Shown: piece after piece, positions 49,757-61,319 of the stretch
Position numbering within the stretch: position 1 is the stretch's first letter
How the letters are laid out: each line of letters starts with the position of its first letter
DNA from: Mobula hypostoma
Lineage: Eukaryota
DNA length: 64,000 nucleotides
NCBI RefSeq assembly: GCF_963921235.1
Contig: NC_086097.1
Span: 201,998,001-202,062,000 of the forward strand
Direction: 5' to 3'
Notes under the pieces: generated by a model
Told to the model about the DNA's origin: nothing
Seen by the model: the letters and a program-made list of their open reading frames with translations, nothing else
Databases searched by the model: none
Made by a program: the position numbers and the translations under genes

Positions 49757-50351
49757 CTAAAGTTAATCAGAAACATAAAAGAAAAATCTGTTGGTAAAGC
49801 AGATTATCATCATCAACCGTCAAACCTAATTCAAAAGTTCTCAAATACAAGCTCCTCAAAAATGAACTTCTGCTAAGCAGTATTATTTCTACCAATACTT
49901 AAGTCAATTAAAAAAGACATGGATTTATGTCCTATATAACTTGGGAAAGAAGACAAAGAAAATAAATAAAAGGAAAAAAAATCCCATGCACGTTTAATCA
50001 GCATCATGAGGACCACCAATTCTTAAATGGAAAACAGCCTTCATCAAATTCAATATCAATTGTGAATTGTGTACTCTTTTTTGACATCCAGAAAACTTTT
50101 CGTTCAGACTACTAAATAGGATATATATTACACACTGAATACAAAGATTGAATCAACAGAAACATTACAACAAAAACAATGCAATTGAGTGCTGATAATG
50201 TAAAAAATTTCTAAAGAGTTTCAAAGGCTCATCTTTATTGACTTTTAAATAATGGAGCAACAGCCAAAATAATGAGATGGAAAACAAGTTGCAGAGTCTA
50301 TAAATTATAGAAACATCAAATGTTTCATAGTTCTGAACTCAAGTTGTTATT

Positions 50352-50960
50352 TGACAGAGTATAGGAGTTGGGATGTAATGGGGAGATTGTCTAAGACATT
50401 GGTGAGGCCAAATTTGGAATATTGTGTACAGTTCTGGTCACCTAACTATAGGAAGGATATCAGTAAGATTGAAAGAGTGCAGAGAAGATTTACTAGGATG
50501 TTGCCAGGTCTTCAGGAGTTGAGTTACAGGGAAAGATTGAACAGGTTAGGACTTTATTCCCTGGAGCTTAGAAGAATGAAGGGATATTTGACAGAAGTTT
50601 ACAAAATTATGAGGGGTATAGACAGAGTAAATATGAATAGGCTCTTTCCACTTAGATTAGGAGAGATAAATATGAGAGGACATGGCTTTAGAGTGAAAGG
50701 TGAAAGGTTTAGGGGGAACATTAGGGGGAACTTCTTCACTCAAAGAGTGGTGGGAGTGTGGAACAAGCTGCCATCTGATGTCGTAAATGCAGGCTCACTC
50801 TTAAGTTTTAAGAATAAATTGGATAGGTACATGGATGGGAGAGGTCTGGAGGGTTACGGACTGGATGTAGGTCAATGGGACTAGCAGAATAATGTTTCGG
50901 CACAGTCTAGAAGGGCCAAATGGCCTGTTTTCTGTGCTGTAGTGTTCTATGGTTCTATGT
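50352..50960 (+). mobile_element. Young CR1 3' end
   Basis: Uninterrupted 177-aa ORF (KTLVRPNLEYCVQFWSP...WNKLP) and a TTCTATG tail. Confidence 0.92.
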
Positions 50961-51629
50961 TCAATTCCAAGGTACCTCTGTCCTTGTGAAGATTGTACTC
51001 TGGAACTTCACAACCTCCAAGCTGCTACAGTCACATTTAAGATCACGGCCTTTATTATAGTAATTACACAAGTCAGACTTAGTCTCTAAGGTAGCTGCCA
51101 ATATCCTTTATTTATTTCTTTGTTTATTTCTTGTATCCTCAAAGTTAATTACACTATTCCTATGTGAAATCAATGCTGGAACTTTCAAGAAAATTCCTTG
51201 TGGATAAAACACAGGATTAAAAAAGTTTATTTTGACGGAGAACTAATGAATTAGAGATGATGGGTAAAGCAATCAATTGATGTTAATTTGATCTCAGCAT
51301 TCAGTGCTCAAGTGTTAAAATGCAAATAAAGCATAATTTTCACTGCATTCAAGATAATGGTCATGCTAATTCTTGTACCAAACAGTATTTTAATATAATC
51401 TGAACAACTATCCCGAAGATTCTGCAAATGCAAGCAAAATGCCTTGCAGGTATTTAACAATGTTGTTTTCCAAAACGTTGTCTAAAGCTCTCAGTAGGGA
51501 AGAAAGCAACCGTACTAAGAAGAACAGGGTGTATAGTTTCTATCGATTAGCTTTCAGCAAAACTGAAAACTTGGAAAAACAACCTTTTAAATTGCAAAGG
51601 AAAAAAAGGGAGAAACATGCAGAATAATT

Positions 51630-54600
51630 GGAATTGATTGGAGTACTGCGCAGACGCAGCAGAAGCGTTCCCGCGCAGGTCCGGCAGAGAGCTTTAAAAA
51701 GCAGGAGGTTTTTCGATGGGAGTACCGCGCAGACACAACAAAAGCGTTCCCGCGCAGGTCTGGCGAATAACTTTAAAAACCCAGTCTCTGTAAAAGAGAG
51801 GTACCGCCTAATAGAGCAGTCACTGTGGGAGCAGTCATCCTCTGAGTAGTCTGAGGCAGAGTAGTAAGGCTTTGGCTCAACAGGGCTTCAGTGAGAACAG
51901 GCAGAGGCAAGGTAAGTGGGAAAATTCATACCTGATTTAACTCTTGAGAGAATGGGGGTATATCAACACAGCCAGTGTTCTTATCTGGATGTCAGATGGC
52001 GGATTTCTGGGAGACTTTCAGCCTCCCCGATGGCCAAATCTGCACCAGGCGCATCGAGATGCAGCTCCTTCGAGACTGTGTTCGGGAACTGGAGCTGCAG
52101 CTCAATGACCTTTGGCTTGTTACGGAAAATGAGGCAGTGATAGACATGAGCTACATAGTGGTAGTCACGCTAAGGCTACAAAGGCAGATAAATGGGTGAC
52201 TGCCAGGAGAGGGAAGGGAAAATGTCAGATAGCGAAGAGCACCCTTGTGGCCGTTCCTCTCAACAATAAGTACCCCATTTTGAGTACTGTTGGGGGGGGG
52301 GGAAGAGAGAAATGCCTAACCTGGGGGAAGCAACAGTGGCTGTGCCTCTGGCACTGCGTCTGGCCCTGTGGCTCAGAAGGGTAGGAAACTGAAGAGGATG
52401 GCAGCACTAATAACAGTGCCTATATTCAGGAGACAGATAGGTGATTCTGTGGATGCAAAAAGGAAATACAGATGGTAGTTTGCCTCCCGGGTGTCAGGGT
52501 CTGTAATGTGTCTGAATGTGTCCACAATACCCTTATACATATTGTATCAACAACATAGGCAGAAAAAAGGAGGAGGTCCTGAAAAAAGAATACAGGGAGT
52601 TAGGAAGGAAGCTGAGAAGCAGGGCCTCAACAGTAGTAATCTCTGGATTCCTGCCTGTGTCACACAACAGTAAGGATAGGAATAGAATAAGATGACAGAT
52701 AAATGAGTGGCTGAAGAATTGGAGCAGGAGACAGGGATTCAGATTCCCGGACCATTGGAATCTCTTTTGGGGCAGGTATGACCTTTACCAAAGGGAAGGG
52801 TTGCAATTGAATCCAAGGGGGACCACTATTCTTGCAGGCAAGTTTATTAGAGCTGTTGGGAGTGGTTTAAGCTAATACAGCAGGGGGGTGGGAACCTGTA
52901 TGATAGAGCTGAGGATGAACCGGCGGGTTTACAAGTAGATGATGGATGTTACATGAATATAAGGAAGGATGAGCCAATGATCAGATACAAATGCAGACAG
53001 AGCAAAGTGTAAAATTGTACCACAGGGGCAAAATTCAAAAGAGCAAAGAATGCAGGACAGAAGGCACTGTATTTAGATGCATGTAGCATTCGGAATAAGG
53101 TGGGAGAACTTGTGGCACAATTAGAGATTGGTTGGTTTGATGTTGTGGGCATCACTGAGGTATGGCTGAAAGTAGGCTACAGTTGGGAGCGCAGCATCAA
53201 AGGATATATTTTATATCAAAAGACCAGGCAGAAAGGCATAGGTGGCGGCATGGTTCTGTTGGCAAGAGATGGAATTACATCCTTAGAAAGAAGTAACACA
53301 GGGTCAGAGAATGTTGCATCTCTGTGGGTGGAAACTGTAAGGGTGAGAAAAAAGCCATTATGGAGCTGGAAAAGGCATGTAATAAGGGTAATGACACTAT
53401 TGTAAAGGGGGGACTTTAACGTGCAAGGAGTTTGAGAAAATCAGGTTGGTGTCAGTTCACAAGAGAAGGAATTTGTTGAATGCCTACAAGATGGCTTTTT
53501 CAAACAGCTTGTGTTTGAGCCTTTTCGGGGAAAGGCCATCTTAGATTGGGTGCTGTGTAATAACCGAGCTCTTATTAGGGAGCTTAATGTAAAGGAACCG
53601 TTAGGAGGCAGTGATCACAAAATGACTGAATTCATACTACAACTTGCGAGGGAGAAGTATAACACCTAGGTATCAGTATCACAATGGAATAAAGGGAATT
53701 ACAGAGGCATGAGAGAGGAGCTTGCCTAGGTGAATTGGTAACAGATACTATCGGGGATGATGGCAGAGCAAAAATGGCTGAAGTTTCTGGGAATTGTTCA
53801 CAAGGCATGGGATAGATGTGTCCCACAGAAAAAGTTGTTTTGAAGTGGGAGGGCGAGGTAACTGTGGCTGACAAGGGAAGTTAAAGAGTCCATTATTAAG
53901 GATGAGGTTTTGGGGGTACCTGGAGATTGATGATAAAATAAGTCAAAGTTAGCATGGTTTCTTTAAAGGGAAATCTTACCTGACAAATCTGTTAAGAGTT
54001 CTTCAAGGAAGCAGGGTGGACAAAGAGGCAGTGGATGTCATTTACTTGCATTTTCAGAAGGCATTTGATAAGGTGTCACACATGAAGCTGCCGAACAAGA
54101 TTCTGCGGTGTTACAGGAAAGATACTGGTACGTATAGAGTAATGGCTGACAGGAAGGAGGCAGTGAGTAGAAATAAAGGGACCTTTTCTGGTTGGCTGTC
54201 AGTGACTAGCGGTGCTCCCCAGGGGTCAGAATTGGGACCACTACTTTTCACATTGCTTGTGAATGATTCAGATATTGCAATTGATGGCTTTGTGGCAAAA
54301 TTTGCGGATGATGCGAAGATAGATGGAGGGGTAGGTAGTGTTGAGAAAGCAATGCGAATGCAGCAGGACTTAGCCAAATTGGAAGACTGGGCAAAAAAGT
54401 GGCAGATGAAAAAGAGTATTGGGAAATGTATGAATATGCATTTTAGTAAAAGGAACAATAGTGCAGTCTGTTATCTAAATGGGGAGGTTCAAACATCAGA
54501 GGTGCAGAGGGGCTTCGAGGTCCTCGTGCAAGTCTCCCAGGTGGTTAATTTACAGGTTGAGTCTATGGTAAAGTAGGCAAATGCAATGTTGGCATTTATT

Positions 54601-55218
54601 TCAAGGGGAATAGAATATAAAACAAAGATATAATGCTGAGGCTTTATAAGACACCAGTCAGGCTGCACAGAGTATCGTCAATAGTTTTGGGCCTCGTATC
54701 TCAGAAAGGATGTTTTGTCATTGGAGAGAGTCCAGAGGAGGTTCACGAGGATAAGTCCAGGAACTGAAGGGTTAATATGAGGAGTGTTTGGCAGCATTGG
54801 GCCTGTACCCACTGGAATTTAGAAGAATGCGTGGGGATCTCACTGAAACCTACCAAATGTTGAAAGGACTAGATAGAGTGGATGTGGAGAAGATGTTTCC
54901 TATGGTGGGAGTATCGAGAAGTAGAGGGCACAGCCTCAAAATTGAGGAGCAACCTTTTAGCACAGAGGTAAGGAGGAATTTTTTTAGCCAGGGAGTAGTG
55001 AATCTGTGGAATGCTCCGCCACAGACTATGGTGGAGGCCAAGTCCATGGGTATATTTAAAGCAAAAGTTGATAGTTTCCTGATCGGTCAGGGCATCAAAG
55101 AATATGGGGAGAAGGCAGGTGTATGGGGTTGAGTGAGATCTGGGATCAGGCATGATGGAATAGAGGAGCAGACTTGATGGGCTGAATGCCATAATCCTGC
55201 TCCTATGTCTCATGGTCT
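51630..55218 (+). mobile_element. Near full-span CR1 (5' repeats, ORF1, EN, RT, 3' end) with internal deletion at ~53885; inactive
   Basis: ORF1 CxxC..CxxR region (ORF 51975), EN motif DVVGITEVWL (ORF 53100), RT motifs FQKAFDKV..GAPQGSELGP..KFADDAK (ORF 54016), and the C-terminus (ORF 54788). Confidence 0.92.
51640..51779 (+). repeat. Two CpG-rich monomers (79-bp period) at the CR1 5' end
   Basis: GGAGTACYGCGCAGAC..AAGCGTTCCCGCGCAGGTC..CTTTAAAAA starts at 51640 and 51719. Confidence 0.85.
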
Positions 55219-55339
55219 AATAAAAAGGGACTATTTATTTTCGGAAGGAGATCTGGAGAAACAGAAAAATAAGTGATAGAGTATGTGCAAGTAGGAGCTG
55301 ACAAACAAAATTTCAAATATCAAAAGCAGAGAGAGAAAA

Positions 55340-56040
55340 AAATAAACTGCTAGAAATGTGAAATATAAGACTGAAACGGTTAATTTTCTTAAAATATTGA
55401 ATTCAGTGTTAGTTGCTGAAAGCTATATAGTGAAAAACCACAGGATAAGGTACTTCTTAAGCTTCATCTGTGCTTTCTTAGAACAACCTACAGGTCAAAG
55501 AGATGCTATTGTGGATATGGGATGGGGAATTGAACTGATGGGTATCTGGAACAGGACAGACCAAATGAAGGGGTATCAAAAATGGTCACCACTCTGTGTT
55601 TGTTTCTTCCAGTGAGAATATCTCATCGTGAATAGCAAATGCAGTTTACTAATTTGGAAGTAGTAAGTAACTGCTTCACATACAGTAGAAGGTGAGTTTG
55701 AGTCCCTGGACAAAGGGAACAGGAAAACTAGGACAGAGCTTACATTTCCTGTAGTTATAAAGGAAGGTGCTGAAAAATGGGAAGAGAGTATTGATGGAGA
55801 TGGTACAGTGGACTGGCTTGTCAGAAAAATGTCACTTTAGAGCCTGAATGATAAAAGGACTGAAGTTGTGTCTTAAGGAAATCACATTGGAAATGGTCAG
55901 ATATTGCACAGAAAAATCCAGTGACTATGCAAGAAGATGCAATTCAAGGTGAGAATATGTGAAACTTTGTCCATATTCAGGACAGGAGGTGACAGGGTGG
56001 GAGCAAAAGGTTAAGAATTGGAACAAATTGGATGAGAGCC
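55340..56040 (-). mobile_element. Very old Penelope-like remnant
   Basis: Loose colinearity with 59560-59870 and 17400-17690. Confidence 0.4.
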
Positions 56041-56084
56041 TCGTCAATATCAGTGGTGGACACACCATGGTTGGGGAGAAGGAG

Positions 56085-56086
<2 letters not shown>

Positions 56087-56124
<38 letters not shown>
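56087..56124. repeat. (AT)19 microsatellite
   Basis: Read directly from the sequence. Confidence 0.97.
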
Positions 56125-56127
<3 letters not shown>

Positions 56128-56624
56128 AAGTACTAGGTGGGTGCTGTCACATGAATCAATGCAATGGAGACGAAAACAATGAAAAAAAATAGAAAGAGCC
56201 TCCACAGAAAGCGAGGTATGAACATTGTAATCTAGGTCACTGTTATACAGTCTATGTGATTGTAGCAGAAACAGAATGTGGTATAAATGCTCAGTAGGAT
56301 TTTTGATTAATATTAGCAATATGGCAATTTATAAAATACAGCACACTGTATAGCTAAATGAATGATTTGACACTAAACTATGGCTTTCAAATCAGAAAAT
56401 TTGACCAGAGAAGGATGCTTACTTCAGGACAAGACAAACCAGTAGCTTTTAACAACCCTCAAAAATATGTTAAACTTGGTAATAAATTAGTATTTCAGTC
56501 ATATTATATGGCAAACTTAAAAGAACACGGTCAAATCCATGCACTCTGTGAGCAAGGCTCGTTACATACAAAGTATTTGCAACAGACAAAATAAACATTT
56601 TGCTTATCAGGGCTGCATATGAGT

Positions 56625-56900
56625 TAGAATGTGGTGCCAAATGGTACCACTGCTAGAAGTAGAACAGAGATCAATAAACAAAACAATAAGTTCAAATCCC
56701 ACAATGGTAGTTGTGGAACTTAATTCAGTTAATTAAATATTCTGAACCACAAAGCAACTGGATTATCATGAAAACCCACCAGGCCCGCTCATGAGAACCT
56801 GTTGTACTCGTCTGGTGTGGCCCATTTGTGGCTCAAGGCCCACAGCAGTGGCCTTCACCCTTAACTCTTTCTCAAATGCAATACCAAGCCATTCAGTTGT
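56625..56900 (+). mobile_element. Old tRNA-derived SINE remnant
   Basis: B-box-like GTTCAAATCCCAC plus downstream motifs resembling chondrichthyan SINEs. Assigned from recall. Confidence 0.45.
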
Positions 56901-57467
56901 AATCACAGACTCAAGAGCTAAAATTCAGAGGCAAGGTGAAGATGACCTCCTTTATGAGAATAGTTTCAAGGAATCTGGCAAATTGAAATTAATAGATTTC
57001 AAGGGGAAAACATTCCCGTGGTTGGAGTTACACTTCAACAAAGAAACATAATTACTGTTAGATTACTGTTTGAATGGACCCGAGTTAAAACACTTCTCCT
57101 GCAAACAAGGATACTCTATATATTATCCATTTGCACGATCAAAGACAATAAATTGAAATGTTCAAAGCTTTATCAATATCTGAATAGTGCCATAATTGCT
57201 GCAGATGGTTTTAATTACATTTTTTTTGCAAACAAGTCAAATAAAACTTTAACTATACTTCTATTTTTAGGATGTTTTAGTATCTTCAAAATTCAAGAGC
57301 CCTCTGTCAAAAAGATACATTATCTTGCTTTTTCCCCTTTTGTATTTTCAATTTTCTGAAACTCTGGGTTGAGCTGTGCTTGACCTACACCCATGCCAAA
57401 CCCCCTGCACTAATCCTGTAGCTGCAGTTACTTCTTGTGGCTTTGCTAAACTGATTGAGCTATAGAT

Positions 57468-57605
57468 CAGAGACACAAGAAAATGCAGATGCTGAAATCT
57501 GCTGCAACTGTCCACTCAGATGCAGGATTTTGACCCAAAAACATCTTCAATTCCTTTCCTTCTACAGATGCTGCTCAACCCAAGTTCCTCCAACACATTG
57601 TTTGA
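57468..57605. mobile_element. Short Penelope-terminal-derived repeat
   Basis: Contains gcagatgctgaaatc and gatgctgctcaaccc..agttcctcca, related to 10630-10695 and in opposite orientations. Confidence 0.5.
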
Positions 57606-59207
57606 AATTATAGAGCTCTCTGCCACAGCTGCCCTACAAGGTGAAATGGTCTATGAACAACAGCTAGGCATCAGGTGGTGACTCCCAAATTCTTGATCTC
57701 CAATACCATTGTTATTGATTGGTGCAGATATTGCTGTTCATTTAGTGGAAGCAGGACTTTATACATTCATTTCAAATTGAATGTGCACCTGCAAAGTCTG
57801 GTCTAATATTCATTTTAGTATACTGCTTAATAACATTAAAGATAAATAACAATTTTCTGAGGGAGTGATATGCATTAAGGTCTAACAGTGAAGCTGTGAA
57901 TCCTTCCCGTGGTTACATACATAAAAGCAGCAAATGATTGATATATAATTGTTAGCAAATATTTACAATAAATAATCCTCACTTTTCAATGTATCTGCTC
58001 TAAATATAAAATTTCCATTGGAGAAAAAATCTTGTTTCTTTTCCAATATCAAGCTTGAAGAGCTGCTTCAAGCTGGCAGATGGAAAGTAAAGTCATGTGG
58101 TTCAGATGCAACTGCAAAGTCAAATATTGTTTGATATACAGGCAAAGTAACTGAAATCTTCAACTGCAAGAAGTGCATCTTCACTAAACAATATACACAA
58201 CAGCGATAATTCATGGTTATGTGGATAGTTCAGATTTAAAATGGGCTTAAGGCAGATGATGGAGGGTGTGCTGAGGTAATTCTAAACCACATGATCTAAA
58301 ATTTGGCAGTATAAGTTCACAGTTCAGGCTAAGAAAATACTGAATTTTTTAGCCAGAAGCCTGAGATTAACAATTTCAAGGCTATGATTTTTTTTTTATC
58401 TAAAAGGTTATTTATATTTGTTACGTGTACATAGAGACAAACAGTGAAAAAATGTTGTTTTGCATCAATGACCAACACTGTCTGAGATATGCTGGGGGCA
58501 ACTCCTTAGAGACAATAGTGTGAACTGAACTCTTGATCTTATAGTTGGTGCTGTAAAGCTTTACACTAATCGCTACACTACCATTCTGCCCATGCTGCAT
58601 ATTACTCCATTGAGAATACAAAAATGGCATTAAATTCAGAAGGAAAAACAATGAACCCAGAGTTTCTCTGGTGATTACCCATTGACTGACAACTACTAGA
58701 AATTGAGCATTGGGGAAGATTGTGAGATCGGGTAGGGAGCCACAGATGTACAATGTCAGTTGCTTGCGCCAAATAACTAATATCTACCTATATTTTATCA
58801 AGAAATTATGGCAAAATAATTGTTTACAATTTTTCCATCCCAATTTCATGATTTCTTTTCACCATTTCTCACCTGTTTAAGTTTAGCATGATTACTGCTA
58901 TAAAACACATAGTTAAAGATTCTCTTATTGAACAACATAGCCTATCAATAAAAAGGGAATACCAATTTTGCTCACAAGACCACAACTTGTTTCTTATTCT
59001 GATGAGGATGCAAATTGGTTGCAATAGGAAGGAAGCAAGATGATGCTTTAACCTTATTTAAGATAACCAAAGAAGTATGTGGGGTAAGGGGGAAAATGTA
59101 TGGGGGTTTACGAAGCATGAAAATAGAACTAGAGGAGCTTAGATTTTGAATTGGCACATAATCATTAAAACAAGGAACACTTATAATAATAGCATTTTAA
59201 CACATGT

Positions 59208-59868
59208 ACTGAGCAACACACATAAAATGCTGGAGGAATTCAATAGGCCAGGCAGCATCTATGGAAAAAAGCACAGTTGACATTTCGGGCTGAAACCCTT
59301 TGGCAGGACTGAAGAAAAAAAGCTGAGGAGTGGATTTGAAAGGTGGGAGGGGGGAGGGGGGACAGAGAAACACCAGGCAATAGGTGAAACTTGGAGGGGA
59401 GAGACAAAGCAAAGAGCTAAAAGGTTGATTGGTGAAAGAGACGGAAGGCCATGGAAGAAAGAAAAAAGGGGGGTGGGGGAAGGAGCACCAGAGGGAGGCA
59501 ATGGGCGGGCAACGTGATAACATGAGAGAGGGACAAGGGGATGGGAAATGGTGAAGGGAAGGGGGAAGGCATTACCAGAAGTTCGAGAAATAGGTGTTCA
59601 TGCCATCAGGTTGCAGGCTACCCAAATGGAATACAAGGCGTTGTTCCTCCAACCTAAGTGTGGCCTTATCGCGACAGTGGAGAAGGCCATGGATGGACAT
59701 ATCAGAATGGGAATGGGAATGGGAGTGGAATTAAAATGTGTGGCCACTGGGAGACAGAGCATATGTGCTTGGCGAAGCCCTCTCCCAATCTACATCGGGT
59801 CTCACCAATATACAGCAGGCCACACCAGGAGCACCAAACACAATACAGCATATGACCCCAACTGACTA
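59208..59868 (-). mobile_element. Penelope-like 3' region (GIY-YIG remnant plus terminal motif)
   Basis: The minus strand gives GVICCIVFG..GLLYIGETRCRLGEGF and RLEEQRLVFHLGSLQPDGMN, with a terminal motif shared with 10580-10695. Confidence 0.85.
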
Positions 59869-59891
59869 CAGAACACATGTCTGCTTAACAT

Positions 59892-60697
59892 ATGGAGATA
59901 GAGCTGGAGTTTAATGCTGATAAATGTGAGGTGCTACATTTTGGTAGGACTAATCAAAATAGGACATACATGGTAAATGGTAGGGCATTGAAGAATGCAG
60001 TAGAACAGAGGGATCTAGGAATAATGGTGCATAGTTCCCTGAAGGTGGAATTTCATGTGGATAGGGTGGTGAAGAAAGCTTTTGGTATGCGGCCCTTTAT
60101 AAATCAGAGCATTGAGTATAGGAGTTGGGATGAAATGTTGAAATTGTACAAGGCATTGGTAGGGCCAAAGTTGGAGTATCGTGTGCAGTTCTGGTAAGAT
60201 GTCAACAAAATGGAGAGAGTGCAGAGAAGATTTACTAGAATGTTACCTGGGTTTCATCACCTAAGTTACAGAGAAAGGTTGAACAAGTTGGGTCTTTATT
60301 CTTTGGAACGTAGAAGGTTGAGGGGGGACTTGATAGAGGTATTTAAAATCATGAGGGGGATAGAGTTGATGTGGATAAGCTTTTTCCATTGAGAGTGGGG
60401 GAGATTCAAACAAGAGGACATGAGTTGACAGTTAAAGGGCAAAAGTTTAGGGGTAACATGAGGGGGAACTTCTTTACTCAGAGAGTGGTAGCTGTGTGAA
60501 ACAAACTTCCAGCAGAAGTGGTTGAGGCAGGTTCAATGTTGTCATTTAAAGCTAAATTGGATAGCTATATGGACAGGAAAGGAATGGAGGGTTATGGACT
60601 GAGTGCAGGTTGGTGGGACGAGGTGAGAGTAAGAGTTTGGCATGGACTAGAAGGGCTGAGATGGCCTGTTTCCGTGCTGTAATTGTTATATGGTTAT
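59892..60697 (+). mobile_element. Young CR1 3' region
   Basis: ORFs 59892-60197 and 60210-60392, and a TATATGGTTA tail. Confidence 0.92.
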
Positions 60698-61089
60698 AAA
60701 ATCACTCTCATTGGAAATATTTCAGTTGATGTCCAATAGTGTTGCCCATGAACCAGAAGAAATTATCTCCAGCTTTTATCTGCTTCTCAACTTAATTTGA
60801 ACTCTTACTTCTCTGAATATGCATCTTATATTCCTGTAACTGATTTTCTTCACGTGACTTTGTCTTTATCGTTTCCTATCTTTCAACAAGACCTTCTTTT
60901 GACACAATATTAGATTTCTTATTTCTCCAATATCTCAACAAATCTGTCAGACCTGTAGTCTCTATCATCCAGAAATTAAAAGGTTTCAGGCATATGGAAT
61001 CATCACCACTCCAATAAACTCTCCTTCCAAATTTCTAGGTAAAGTCCAGGAATTCCTCACTGAATTCCTGAACTACTGGTGGAACTGAG

Positions 61090-61319
61090 GAATACAAAAA
61101 GTATGAGCACAATAATGGGGCTATATTGCAGACCATCCAACAGTCCACAGGATTTAGAGGAACAAATCTGTAGAGAAATCGCTGACTGCTGTAAGAAACA
61201 GCAAGGTTGTTATAGTAGGTGATTTTAACTTTCCATATATTGATGAGACTCCCATACTGTACAAGAACTAGATGGGATGGAGCTTGTCAAATGTGTTCAG
61301 GAAAGTTTCCTTCATCAAT
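61090..61319 (+). mobile_element. CR1 endonuclease fragment
   Basis: Contains RPSNSPQDLEEQIC..VVIVGDFNFP. Confidence 0.75.
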
